The notes below the pieces were generated by a model, which did no database searches, was not told the origin of the DNA, and saw only the letters and a program-made list of their open reading frames with translations. From a virus (taxonomy: Duplodnaviria; Caudoviricetes), in IMG/VR virus record IMGVR_UViG_3300031867_000002, positions 96,001 through 160,000 of that record: a DNA stretch of 64,000 nt. One strand, given 5' to 3'. The position numbers and the translations under genes were made by a program. Below are positions 40,472 to 50,323 of the stretch, piece after piece. Numbering within the stretch: position 1 is the first letter of the stretch; every line of letters starts with the position of its first letter.

Positions 40472-42210
40472 ATAAGACCCAGCTGATGTCTGGTAAAAAG
40501 CATATTATCGGGATTTACCTCAACCTCATCGATTTTCTTACCACATTTAGGACAACGACGTTCAGGATATACATAAGTAATATCTCTAATAAGATTGCCA
40601 TTATCGTCTAATTCACCAGCATCATATTTATCAGTTTCTACGGACAAAGCCTGGAGCTGGTCAGATGTTAGAGATTTGAGAATAGTAGCATATGTCTTAA
40701 CTCGACGTTTATAAGAAAGTGCTTTATCTGTTGCTACTGGTTTAGTATCAATAGGAATAAGTTGACGAGTATTATAATCAATTCTATATACAGAATCAAT
40801 ATAAGTCAACAGAAGAATTAGGTCTTCATACTTAGAAGAAAAGTTCTGGTCAACGAGAGTAGGTTCAATATAAGTATTATAAAGAGACGGAATCTTAAGA
40901 CCAAATACATAATCATCGGAAGCTTGATACAAGTCAATCTTATATTCAGAAGAGGTAGAATCTGTATTGCCTTGAGTAAGAATATTCATATATTCTTCCT
41001 TCTTCTTATCATCTGTGAATTTAAGCATAGAATGAACTGGTACATTTTCCATGAATACATTATTACATTTATCATCATTGCAATTGAATGTAACAATATT
41101 TGCTGTACCAAATGTAGCCTTATATGCAGTAAACATATAATCATCCATAACAGTATTAGGAGTAATCATAGCCCATGCTTCAAAGTTCTTAGGTTTATTA
41201 GCGTCAACAATATGCTCATAGATAAGCTTTAGTTTATTCTCAATGAACTTATTGTAGTTTGCATTACCACCACGAAGTCTCTGTGGGTCAAGAGACTGAA
41301 TTTCCATAGGTTTAAATGCAGACATTCTTACTGCACGCTTTTCAGACCACAGAACACCATCTGCACATTCAATAGCCTTAGTTTTAATCTCATTGATAAT
41401 CTTAGAAGCATTGATAGGCTTCTTAGAGATTGTGAAATTCTTAAGGTCAAGCTTATGAGCAACAGGATTAAAGTTATGGTTAATCTCCTGTCTGATATTC
41501 TGTTTAATAGCTTCCTGTTTTGCCTTAGTATCGTCCTCTTCATCAGATTCAGTTGTATCTTCAGAAGATTCATCCTCATCATCAAGGAACTTCATATCTT
41601 CATCATCAATACCATCAAAAAGATGGTCGTCTTCATCATCTGTATTATTAACAACATTAGGGTCGTCCACAGTATCATATACAGACGCATCCTGAACCAT
41701 AGAAATAGTTTCCTTCTTAGTACCAGCAACTGGAGCAGATACATCTACTTCCTGTTCTACCATAACTGGCTTAGTAATGGATATAGTTTCAGAAGGTGCT
41801 ACTACTTCTACAGGATTAGAATTATTGTACTTAAGTTGTACATCATCAAATGTGTTAACCTTAATTGTTTGAGCAGCAATTACATTAACATCATCGTCAT
41901 CATCAATATCAGCATCACCGTTTTCGATAGCCTGCTCAATTCTCTCTTCATTACCCTTTGCAATAATTTCAGCAGATTCATTAGCAAGTCTATTTACCGT
42001 AGAATCAATATTTTCAAATGCTGCATCAAGCATTGGGTTACCAGTACCTTTACCTACAACAGAACCGTCATCTCCAGGAAGTACTGCTTCAGCAAGATTA
42101 GCCTCTTTCACATTCTTAGTATTAAGCTTTGGTTTAACAGGCATACCAACTGGAGTAGCAGTTGGAATAGCACCATTAGAGAGCTCGGACAGTGTTACAT
42201 TATCAGACAT
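40459..42210 (-). CDS. Baseplate hub assembly / tail chaperone protein (T4 gp26-like C-half, acidic N-half)
   Basis: Two Zn knuckles (CNDDKC, CPKCG), YKATFG, LKIPSL; immediately downstream of a gp25-like gene. Confidence 0.6.
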   Translation of the reverse strand: MSDNVTLSELSNGAIPTATPVGMPVKPKLNTKNVKEANLAEAVLPGDDGSVVGKGTGNPMLDAAFENIDSTVNRLANESAEIIAKGNEERIEQAIENGDADIDDDDDVNVIAAQTIKVNTFDDVQLKYNNSNPVEVVAPSETISITKPVMVEQEVDVSAPVAGTKKETISMVQDASVYDTVDDPNVVNNTDDEDDHLFDGIDDEDMKFLDDEDESSEDTTESDEEDDTKAKQEAIKQNIRQEINHNFNPVAHKLDLKNFTISKKPINASKIINEIKTKAIECADGVLWSEKRAVRMSAFKPMEIQSLDPQRLRGGNANYNKFIENKLKLIYEHIVDANKPKNFEAWAMITPNTVMDDYMFTAYKATFGTANIVTFNCNDDKCNNVFMENVPVHSMLKFTDDKKKEEYMNILTQGNTDSTSSEYKIDLYQASDDYVFGLKIPSLYNTYIEPTLVDQNFSSKYEDLILLLTYIDSVYRIDYNTRQLIPIDTKPVATDKALSYKRRVKTYATILKSLTSDQLQALSVETDKYDAGELDDNGNLIRDITYVYPERRCPKCGKKIDEVEVNPDNMLFTRHQLGLMKKI

Positions 42211-42227
42211 AGTTATTTCCTCCTTGA

Positions 42228-42662
42228 TTATCTAAAATCATGTAGTTTCAATGTATTTTCAAGAACTTCTCCTGTCTCTGTATTAATAGGTAGATAGACA
42301 TTAAGTTCTTCGGATGTAATATAAATTTTGATGACTTTTTCTTCACCAGTTTTACTATCGCCTAATACACACTTTACATTAACAAGTGAATATTGAGGTA
42401 GATATAACATAATTTGGTCTTTAATTCTTTTTTGTAATTCAGCCATATCTACATTAGTAGCATATCTAAATTTAGATACTAACCCAACACCACAATCTGG
42501 ATGTGTTTGAAATGTACCAGGTTCAAGAAGAATTAATCTTACTAGTAATAAAGTTGCATAGTTTGTATCAGTAGCAACAAGAGGTTTATAGTATTTATCA
42601 ACAGACAATAGTGGTTCAGTTTTATCCACAAAGTAATCTGTGTATTTACCACTAGTAGCCAT
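42228..42662 (-). CDS. Baseplate wedge gp25-like protein
   Basis: LILLEPGT.QTHPDCGVGL...IKDQI..YLP pattern. Confidence 0.65.
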   Translation of the reverse strand: MATSGKYTDYFVDKTEPLLSVDKYYKPLVATDTNYATLLLVRLILLEPGTFQTHPDCGVGLVSKFRYATNVDMAELQKRIKDQIMLYLPQYSLVNVKCVLGDSKTGEEKVIKIYITSEELNVYLPINTETGEVLENTLKLHDFR

Positions 42663-42709
42663 GGAGTTAACCTCCTTTCATTATATTACTATTTTGTTTT
42701 TGTATTAAA

Positions 42710-42742
42710 AAAATAACGGGTATTGTTAGCACCCGTTATTTT
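42710..42742 (-). terminator. Intrinsic terminator
   Basis: AAAATAACGGGT...ACCCGTTATTTT. Confidence 0.75.
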
Positions 42743-42749
42743 AATTTAA

Positions 42750-43673
42750 TTAATCCTTGTCTGCTAGAATATGACAAATTTCAATTGCACGTTCTCTTGT
42801 CTCTGTACTTCCAAGGAAGCAAGAAGGATGTAAGAATGTTACACCTTCCCAGTCACGTACCTCATTTGGAATATCGCATATATGTGAATTCATATCCTCA
42901 ACAGAAGTACTAATAGTTTTGAAGTACCAACCACCTCTCTGATTCGGATATACATAAAATGGAATACTGCGTTCTCTACAGATATCATCTGCACCAGGAA
43001 GATAATAATCTGTAACAAGACAAACTCCATCGCTATTAGCAACAGCTATAATCAATGCTCTTACACAATTTTGAATAAAACGATAGTGAGCGATTGTTTC
43101 TCTAAAAAAGTTCATACAAAGATTAACAGCTCTATCGAAATTAATATCAAACATTTTGTCTGTAGGATTAAGAATGTTTGGATTCATCATAGAGATAAAA
43201 GTAGACAGAGGATTATGTCCGTTACCATTATCATGGTCGTCTACAAATCTAATGATACTATCATAAATGATTTGAGCATATTTCTTTCCTATCCACTGCT
43301 CACCAATTTCATTCCAAATGAGACCGACGGCAGCGTATTTCTTAACTACTGTATGTTTCTGTCCAAATTCATCTGTAATCTCATCAACTCGAATACAGTG
43401 CTTTGCATCTTCTCCTACTTGATGATGGTCATATTGTCCAAGTCCAATGTCATAGACAATAGTATTAGGAGTGTTGTCATCATAACCATCCTCTTTAGGA
43501 GTGAAAGTGCGTACTAGGTTTGTCTTAAACTTAAGCTCTTCTTCAAAGAGAAGCTTAAGAATTGCAGTAGCCATTACATCATCAGAATGAAACTTACCCT
43601 TATGGGTAACAAGGGTAATAGTGTCCTTAGTCTGGTCTGCGTCACGGATAATGTCTAAAATCTTTGTACTCAT
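42750..43673 (-). CDS. MYG1 family (DHH-like) exonuclease/hydrolase
   Basis: THKGKFHSDDV, VRT, DIG.GQYDHHQ, YAAVGLIW, VDDHDNG, FLHPSCF. Confidence 0.88.
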   Translation of the reverse strand: MSTKILDIIRDADQTKDTITLVTHKGKFHSDDVMATAILKLLFEEELKFKTNLVRTFTPKEDGYDDNTPNTIVYDIGLGQYDHHQVGEDAKHCIRVDEITDEFGQKHTVVKKYAAVGLIWNEIGEQWIGKKYAQIIYDSIIRFVDDHDNGNGHNPLSTFISMMNPNILNPTDKMFDINFDRAVNLCMNFFRETIAHYRFIQNCVRALIIAVANSDGVCLVTDYYLPGADDICRERSIPFYVYPNQRGGWYFKTISTSVEDMNSHICDIPNEVRDWEGVTFLHPSCFLGSTETRERAIEICHILADKD

Positions 43674-43810
43674 AATAAGTACCTCCTATAATAAAAAATT
43701 TTATTGCGATAGATTATTTCTATCACAGATATAATATACAATCTAATATTTTGTTTTTACAAGTGTTAAAACTTAACTATAAAGATTTCTTTTAGAAAGG
43801 AACATTATAT

Positions 43811-44590
43811 ATGGCTAAATTAAAATATACGTTTGATGACTATATCTCTAATCCTTCTGGTAGAGGTAGTGCTGTTAACTCTATGGCTTCTAATAGCGAG
43901 CCTTATGAGAAAGAACTTATGTCGCTTGAAAGTAGAAATGATAAAGTTAAATATACTGTTTATAGACAGACTAAAACTGGTGGTAAACAGACATATTATA
44001 TTCACTTTCTTATACCTTCTTCTACAAAAGGTTTCTTTAATGATACTGTAGTAGAGTTCAATCAAAATGAAGATGATTCTTCTAGTACAAGAAGCATTAA
44101 GAAGTATACAGTTAGATTTTTCTCTAATGATACTAACTTTGTGTATACATATGCTTATACATTTAAGTCTCATGGAGTCTTAATCTCGGACCTTGAAAAA
44201 CATCTCCCATTCAGATGTCTTGTACAGAAACCTACAATGAGAAACCCAGACAATGCTATGGGTTATAATAAATCGATTTACTTTGCTTATATTGTAATGA
44301 ATAGAGAAGACTTGTTTAGTAAAGATACACTTAATAGAATTGCTGTTAATGGTGGTATGGTTAAACTTGCAAGTACTATTCCAAGTTTCGATAAGAAAAA
44401 TCAGGAACGTAGTAAAATTGAAAAAGAGGCTAAAGAAGCTGGCAAAAAAGAAGAATCGCAAAAAAGTAAAGTAATTAAATCTAAAGGTTTATTAGGTGAT
44501 AATCCATTAGAATCTTTGAAACCTAAGATTACTAAAATTGTAGGAAAAACTAAGACAACTTCAACCACTAAAAAAGTTAAAAAGAGATAA
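43811..44590 (+). CDS. Hypothetical protein (259 aa, Lys-rich tail)
   Basis: SD AAGGA, late-type promoter 43770-43782. Confidence 0.6.
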   Translation: MAKLKYTFDDYISNPSGRGSAVNSMASNSEPYEKELMSLESRNDKVKYTVYRQTKTGGKQTYYIHFLIPSSTKGFFNDTVVEFNQNEDDSSSTRSIKKYTVRFFSNDTNFVYTYAYTFKSHGVLISDLEKHLPFRCLVQKPTMRNPDNAMGYNKSIYFAYIVMNREDLFSKDTLNRIAVNGGMVKLASTIPSFDKKNQERSKIEKEAKEAGKKEESQKSKVIKSKGLLGDNPLESLKPKITKIVGKTKTTSTTKKVKKR

Positions 44591-44595
44591 GATTG

Positions 44596-44610
44596 TATAC
44601 TATTATTGTG
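44596..44610 (+). promoter_or_regulatory. Early-type phage promoter TATAYHAT-N4-GTR (example)
   Basis: TATACTAT-TATT-GTG; 12 copies found, listed in findings. Confidence 0.65.
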
Positions 44611-44646
44611 TAAATCTAATCTCTATATGAATAGGAGGTATTTTTC

Positions 44647-46227
44647 ATGGAACTATATCAAATCTTAAACTCACCAGAATATCTACCAAGAGTAGATGAA
44701 TGGTACCCGAGAGAAGGTGAAAGAATATTTAAACAATGCAAGAATGCTATCATCTTACCAGTATCGAAATTCTTTGGTATTGAAGAAAGTAAAGTATTAG
44801 ATAGCTTTATGTTAACCCCGAAAAGATGTTATAACTCTGATGAAGTTAGAAATCATATATGTCAGTATCTCAATTATTTTGAGAGATATTTTGATGAAGA
44901 ACACGAGTTATTGTTCTATATGTTTAGAATGAAGCAACTCATGGATACAGGATTCATTGATAATAATGGAAATCTTATTAGGACTTATCAGTTACAAGAT
45001 TTCTATAATGATATCAGAACTTATATCTTATCAGACTCTATGTATAATAAAGCGTGGAGTATGGTAACAGTAAATTATCAACTTGACCTGAATTATAAAA
45101 ATAAGAGTAATGAGGGCCTACAGTATAATAATCAACACGGTAAGTATTTTATGGAGATGAGTCTTTTTATGAATATGCTTATCCCATTGATTATGCATTT
45201 TGTGTATAGGAATAAGATTATGTCTACTGAAAAGATTCATGAGATTATATTCACTGTATACAATTGGCTTTTTGAAGTTTATATAGACTTCAATAAAATG
45301 GCTAATAGAGGATTAAAGCCCGCGGATATGTATGCAAAGCTTTATGAAACTGCAAGCACTACAATGCAGTCTCACTATAAAACCAATAATATTCTCTGGA
45401 AGATTTCAGAGATTAGAGGATATAGTCCGACTATAAATGCTAATGATGCTATTAATACAACCATTATGCAAGTAATGCCCAAATACACATATAATGGTAA
45501 TATTGTTAGTTACAACATATCATCTGTTCGTAATAATATCAAGTATAATATTTCTGATATTAGTTATGAGTATGACTATTCATCTCTTAGTAGTAGTAAA
45601 AGAGATGGAGAGGATAACACATCTCAATTTGATAAGTTTGAAGCACATCTTATCAAAACAGACGAGTCACTTCTATTACAGAATGACTTTAGATGTGAGA
45701 AAATAATGGAGTCTATTATTGCAAAGTATGGACCATTTGACCAAGATGAAATTGAATTCTATAAGAGGGAACTTACTAAACATGGTCGCCCAGTAATTAA
45801 CAAGTTCCAACAGAATCTTGTAAATAACATGTTTTATAGTTCTTTCGGTGATACAGTTAGTATCAATTCTATTAATGCAGACCAGTATATTATTCTTATG
45901 ATTGCTGGTAAGCGTCTTATGCTAAATCAAGGTATGAGATTATTACCATATATCTTCGCTAGTAATATTATTCAGATTAGTTCTAGAACAACTCTTTGTA
46001 AGAAAGAACTTATCAAGTTAGAACAATCTGAATATTATAATGACATTTTGAAAAAGTATAATGGTGATGAAAAGAAAATTAAACAAATTCTTGCTCTTGT
46101 GGCAACTATGTTAAGTAGTAAGTTTACAATCATCGATTATTACGACAAAGAAATCAACGGTATGGATATCAAGATGGAATCAGATATTCTTATTGATGAA
46201 GTCTTGAGATTCATTATTCAAATCTGA
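44647..46227 (+). CDS. Candidate non-virion RNAP promoter-specificity (sigma-like) subunit, phiKZ gp68/AR9 gp226-like
   Basis: 526 aa helical protein; QYN..H...FME.S.FM..LIP.I.HF segment recalls that family; early-type promoter at 44596-44603. Family call is from memory of the pattern only. Confidence 0.45.
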   Translation: MELYQILNSPEYLPRVDEWYPREGERIFKQCKNAIILPVSKFFGIEESKVLDSFMLTPKRCYNSDEVRNHICQYLNYFERYFDEEHELLFYMFRMKQLMDTGFIDNNGNLIRTYQLQDFYNDIRTYILSDSMYNKAWSMVTVNYQLDLNYKNKSNEGLQYNNQHGKYFMEMSLFMNMLIPLIMHFVYRNKIMSTEKIHEIIFTVYNWLFEVYIDFNKMANRGLKPADMYAKLYETASTTMQSHYKTNNILWKISEIRGYSPTINANDAINTTIMQVMPKYTYNGNIVSYNISSVRNNIKYNISDISYEYDYSSLSSSKRDGEDNTSQFDKFEAHLIKTDESLLLQNDFRCEKIMESIIAKYGPFDQDEIEFYKRELTKHGRPVINKFQQNLVNNMFYSSFGDTVSINSINADQYIILMIAGKRLMLNQGMRLLPYIFASNIIQISSRTTLCKKELIKLEQSEYYNDILKKYNGDEKKIKQILALVATMLSSKFTIIDYYDKEINGMDIKMESDILIDEVLRFIIQI

Positions 46228-46230
46228 ATT

Positions 46231-46262
46231 AAAGACAGAGAGGGTAACACCTCTCTGTCTTT
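46231..46262 (+). terminator. Intrinsic terminator
   Basis: AAAGACAGAGAGG-gtaaca-CCTCTCTGTCTTT. Confidence 0.7.
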
Positions 46263-46289
46263 ATATATAAAATTTTTGGAGGTCTTATT

Positions 46290-47270
46290 ATGTTTGAAAA
46301 GAGAAAACCAATTTATGCAGGAGTTACTTACATCTTTGATGCTCTTAATGAAAGCAATATGGCTGCTAGCACAAGTGTAGTAACAACAATTAAAAAATCC
46401 AAGAAAAGAAAACATTGGATTGTACTCTCTGTTAATAACGGAGATATCTTTGAGTGTCATGAGAATCTCTTAACAGAGTTTGTTAATTATGACACTGTTA
46501 ATCCTATCATTAGATGTCAGTATGGTGAAACTGATTTCACACAAATGGATGTAGCATTTTTAGATATAATAGTAGAAGCTCTTGCTATGATGGATGACCA
46601 GATTGACAACCCTAAGTTCAAAGAGCTTAATACTAAGATTAAATCTTATATGGATAGCTTTAGAAGTAAGGTGAAGAAGTATGCTGATATCTCTAGTTAT
46701 AAATATACTATTGAAGCTATGTCTAATATAAATGATTCTATAGAAAAAGCTGTAGAACATAAAGTTTCTGAAACACTTAGCAGACTTATGTCGCCTCTTA
46801 AACAAAATGATTCTGAGATAAATAACTTTGAAGAAACTGTTAGCGAATCTAAATTCTATAATAAGTTCGACAATGAAGTAAAAGAATATCTTTACTCAGA
46901 TGAAAGTATGGAAGACTTTATAGATAAAGCACTTGATATCTTAGAAGAAGATTTTCCTGAAAAAGCTATGATTCCTAATGATAAGAAATATAAATATATC
47001 ACACCTGGAGATATAGACAATCTTAAAAGAGCTGCTAGTAAACAAATACATTCTAATAATATGGTATTCCTCGTTGGAATTACTTCTAATGGTGTTCAAA
47101 TAGCAGTATGTGTATATGATATGTCTGACTTTGATGAAGTGGATAAATTCATTGATACAGTTTATGATAAGTGGTCGGATAGAGGTGTTAATTACTATAC
47201 AGAGCATAGAATTGTTATGCTTAGTGTTCCAATTAGACAAGATTTTAATGGAGATGATAACTATGAATAA
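46290..47270 (+). CDS. Hypothetical protein (326 aa)
   Basis: SD GGAGG. Confidence 0.6.
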   Translation: MFEKRKPIYAGVTYIFDALNESNMAASTSVVTTIKKSKKRKHWIVLSVNNGDIFECHENLLTEFVNYDTVNPIIRCQYGETDFTQMDVAFLDIIVEALAMMDDQIDNPKFKELNTKIKSYMDSFRSKVKKYADISSYKYTIEAMSNINDSIEKAVEHKVSETLSRLMSPLKQNDSEINNFEETVSESKFYNKFDNEVKEYLYSDESMEDFIDKALDILEEDFPEKAMIPNDKKYKYITPGDIDNLKRAASKQIHSNNMVFLVGITSNGVQIAVCVYDMSDFDEVDKFIDTVYDKWSDRGVNYYTEHRIVMLSVPIRQDFNGDDNYE

Positions 47271-47547
47271 TAAAGATATCGATGTATATGTACAAGGTAA
47301 ATATATTGGTATGAGACTTGAAAGTATTCGTAAGTCTCGCCATATATCACAAAAACAAATGGTAGAACTTTCTGGATTAAATCAAGGAACAATATGTCAT
47401 ATAGAGCACGGTTATGGATGTAATCTTGATAGTTTAATCAAATATATAAATGTAATCGGATATGATATTGATTTTACTAAGAAAGTAGATGGTGATGACA
47501 ATGATTCAGAAGGAAGCAATAAAACAATATCTTCTACAAGTACTTGA
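47263..47547 (+). CDS. XRE/Cro-family HTH protein
   Basis: IGMRLESIRKSRHISQKQMVELSGLNQGTICHIEHG..CNLDSL; ATG 47263 after GGAG. Confidence 0.8.
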   Translation: MNNKDIDVYVQGKYIGMRLESIRKSRHISQKQMVELSGLNQGTICHIEHGYGCNLDSLIKYINVIGYDIDFTKKVDGDDNDSEGSNKTISSTST

Positions 47548-48523
47548 TAGACCGCAAATTGTTTCTGGGGGCAACGAAATTGCTTGCCCCTGCCCTTTTT
47601 GCGGAGAACAAAGACCTAAGTTATATATAGGTCCGTTTAATGACCCGAATAAGCCAATCAAGTATAATTGTTTCATCTGTAAAGTACACGGTTATTTAGA
47701 CCAAGACTTTTTAGATAGTATCGGAATAGCTAAACAGATTGACCCAGAAATATTGAAGTCTAATAAAGGTTCAGACTTTAAGATGGGCTACTCTGGAAAC
47801 AATTCATTTTATAACTTATTATGGGATAATGTTACTATAAATGAATTAACAGAGTATAAACTTAAGTACGTGAATGATAGATTAGGATTACACTTAACTT
47901 ATCAAGATTGTATACAGAATAAGATTATACTCAATATTCAAGACTTATTATCTTATAATGGTATTAAATACCTTACTAGACATCCAGATACTGTACAACA
48001 ATTAAACTATTACTTTATAGGATTCTTATCTAGAAGTAATGCTAGTTTGAATATGAGAAATATAATATCTGGTAGTTATGCAGAAAGTAAACTAGAAGAA
48101 TCTTTGTGGCAAAAGTATATCAATTATAAAGTATTCAAGAATACACCAGATAATGACTTCTATGTATTACCTTGCGATATAGATTTAAGTAGACCTATAA
48201 AGCTATATATAGCAGAAGGTCCATTTGATATATTGGGTATTAAATACAATCTTGTAAAGAGTATAGATAATTGTGTCTATGTTGCTGGTCGTGGTAAAGC
48301 ATATGAAAAAGCTTTATATTGGTTTATTCATACAGCTATGCCATTTAATATGGAAGTACACTTCTTTCCAGATGCAGATGTAAATGAGAAGATGATAACT
48401 AATATAACCAGAAATTATTCTGTATTTGGATATCAATTCTACTTGCATAGAAATAAGTATAAGAACGAAAAGGACTTTGGTGTACCAGAGTGGAGAATCA
48501 ATGATTTCTGTTATACAATATAA
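47489..48523 (+). CDS. DNA primase (Zn finger + TOPRIM); start may be 47501
   Basis: CPFC...CFIC Zn finger, YIAEGPFD, FPDAD, KDFG. Confidence 0.75.
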   Translation: MVMTMIQKEAIKQYLLQVLDRPQIVSGGNEIACPCPFCGEQRPKLYIGPFNDPNKPIKYNCFICKVHGYLDQDFLDSIGIAKQIDPEILKSNKGSDFKMGYSGNNSFYNLLWDNVTINELTEYKLKYVNDRLGLHLTYQDCIQNKIILNIQDLLSYNGIKYLTRHPDTVQQLNYYFIGFLSRSNASLNMRNIISGSYAESKLEESLWQKYINYKVFKNTPDNDFYVLPCDIDLSRPIKLYIAEGPFDILGIKYNLVKSIDNCVYVAGRGKAYEKALYWFIHTAMPFNMEVHFFPDADVNEKMITNITRNYSVFGYQFYLHRNKYKNEKDFGVPEWRINDFCYTI

Positions 48524-48550
48524 GGGGTGATACTTCACCCCTTATTTTTT
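48520..48550 (+). terminator. Intrinsic terminator
   Basis: ATAAGGGGTGA-tact-TCACCCCTTAT followed by T-tract. Confidence 0.8.
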
Positions 48551-48597
48551 GTTTGTTGAACATTTCAATAATATATAACGTACAAGGAGGTATTTAG

Positions 48598-49788
48598 ATG
48601 GGTAAGTTTATTAATAAGTCTTATACTAAAGCTATTGACTCTCTTACTTCTGGTATGATACAGAAAGTAAAAACTGCCAATTATGTATTCAATAATAAGC
48701 CTCCTGTTATTTGTGATTGGTATAATATTGATAAAGATGCTACTACTTTTGATGAAGGCACTGGAGCAGAGTACTCGGCTATCGGTAAGAATAGTCCAAT
48801 TCGTTATAAGTTAATTAAAGACGCTATCTTTTATGGGCAAGGTATTCAAATTGAAATTGACTTAGAATATGATGAAGACGGTCTTACTACAGCTCCTCCA
48901 TCTGTTAGCGGTATTGTTTTACCTAATACTTGGATTCCATATTCTGGAGACCATTTCACTCTTAAACAGGCTGGAAAAGAATTTATATACAGAGTTAACT
49001 CTGTATCATATGACACTATAGACAATAACAATAACGTCTATAAGTTTGAAGCACAAGTTGACCAAACTGGAAAATCTTATATAGACAATCAAGTTACAGA
49101 AACTTATAGAATGATAATAAATAATGTAGGTACTAGTTATAAAGCTATAGTAAAAGAAACTATCTATGATTGTATTGATACATTAGATGAATTTCTATTA
49201 CAATTTAAGAATTATTATATAGCACTTTTCTATAATGATTGTGTACAGACATTTACTTATGTTGGTCCTTATGGAAATCTTTATGACCCGTATATGATTG
49301 AGTTCTTATCTAGAAATGATATTCTAGCTGGTTCTAATGAGTATATTTATGTAAACCATGAAGTACCAGTTTCAAGAACCTTCTCTATAGATTATAATAA
49401 CAGTTTATTTAGAGCTTTGGAAACTAAAACTATAGATAATTTCACTAATCAAAATTGTAATGCCGAACTTATACAAGACCAGTATTCATTATTCTCTACT
49501 GTAGCAGAAGATTACTATATGATTAAACATAAAGATTTTGGTTTATCATTATTTAATCCAGTAGATGCACAATTGATTAGTAATGTAAAATTTGGAGAAA
49601 AATTACTTCCAAATGACCCCAAAGCATATTATAATATTATAGTAGATTATTTTAATGATGTTAAATTAGATTCTTCTATTATTCCAATATTAGAAGCTAT
49701 TAATTTTACTCCAAGTGTTGATTTATTCTACGTAATACCTATGCTTATATTTGTTATCGAATATAGCATTAAAAAGCTCATGTCTTAA
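48598..49788 (+). CDS. Hypothetical protein, probably virion structural (396 aa)
   Basis: Late-type promoter 48559-48571, SD AAGGAGG. Confidence 0.55.
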   Translation: MGKFINKSYTKAIDSLTSGMIQKVKTANYVFNNKPPVICDWYNIDKDATTFDEGTGAEYSAIGKNSPIRYKLIKDAIFYGQGIQIEIDLEYDEDGLTTAPPSVSGIVLPNTWIPYSGDHFTLKQAGKEFIYRVNSVSYDTIDNNNNVYKFEAQVDQTGKSYIDNQVTETYRMIINNVGTSYKAIVKETIYDCIDTLDEFLLQFKNYYIALFYNDCVQTFTYVGPYGNLYDPYMIEFLSRNDILAGSNEYIYVNHEVPVSRTFSIDYNNSLFRALETKTIDNFTNQNCNAELIQDQYSLFSTVAEDYYMIKHKDFGLSLFNPVDAQLISNVKFGEKLLPNDPKAYYNIIVDYFNDVKLDSSIIPILEAINFTPSVDLFYVIPMLIFVIEYSIKKLMS

Positions 49789-49821
49789 CATACCAATAAT
49801 CTAGGAAAGGAGGACTTTTAT

Positions 49822-50307
49822 ATGTCTCAACCTGTTACACTTGATAGTCTTATGACTGATTTTGTATGTGATATGGTAGTAGCAGATGACGAATTATCTG
49901 ATTCTATCTTTACATGTGTAGATAATTTCATTGATGATTTATGTCTTAGAGTAATGGATGATGAGAATAATATCTTTGAAACAGATAGAGATGAGGGTGA
50001 TTTACCATTTAACTTCATTGTAGATAAAGTACTTGAACGAATTGACACAATTGAAGATATTGCAAATGATTCATATGGTGAAGTTCTTAAAAAACAACTT
50101 GGTCTTAAAGGTGATGATGAGCATCTTAATAATATGGACCCTGATTATTGTGAAGATGTAAACTTTGATGAACTTACTCCAGAAGATTTTCAATTATATA
50201 TTGCTGTTCCAAATATAGATGGAGAAGCAGATGAACAAGATGTAGATTGGACTACAGATGATGGAACAAATGTAGATTCAACTTACGATTCTATCTTCAA
50301 TGCTTAA
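49822..50307 (+). CDS. Highly acidic hypothetical protein
   Basis: Late-type promoter 49787-49799, SD AGGAGG. Confidence 0.6.
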   Translation: MSQPVTLDSLMTDFVCDMVVADDELSDSIFTCVDNFIDDLCLRVMDDENNIFETDRDEGDLPFNFIVDKVLERIDTIEDIANDSYGEVLKKQLGLKGDDEHLNNMDPDYCEDVNFDELTPEDFQLYIAVPNIDGEADEQDVDWTTDDGTNVDSTYDSIFNA

Positions 50308-50323
50308 GAAAGGAGGCATTTAT

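Noticed and set aside
41455-42297. 280-aa + strand ORF and the many other short antisense ORFs in the track
   Set aside because: Shadow frames opposite well-supported genes; I/F/S-rich, no SD or promoter motif
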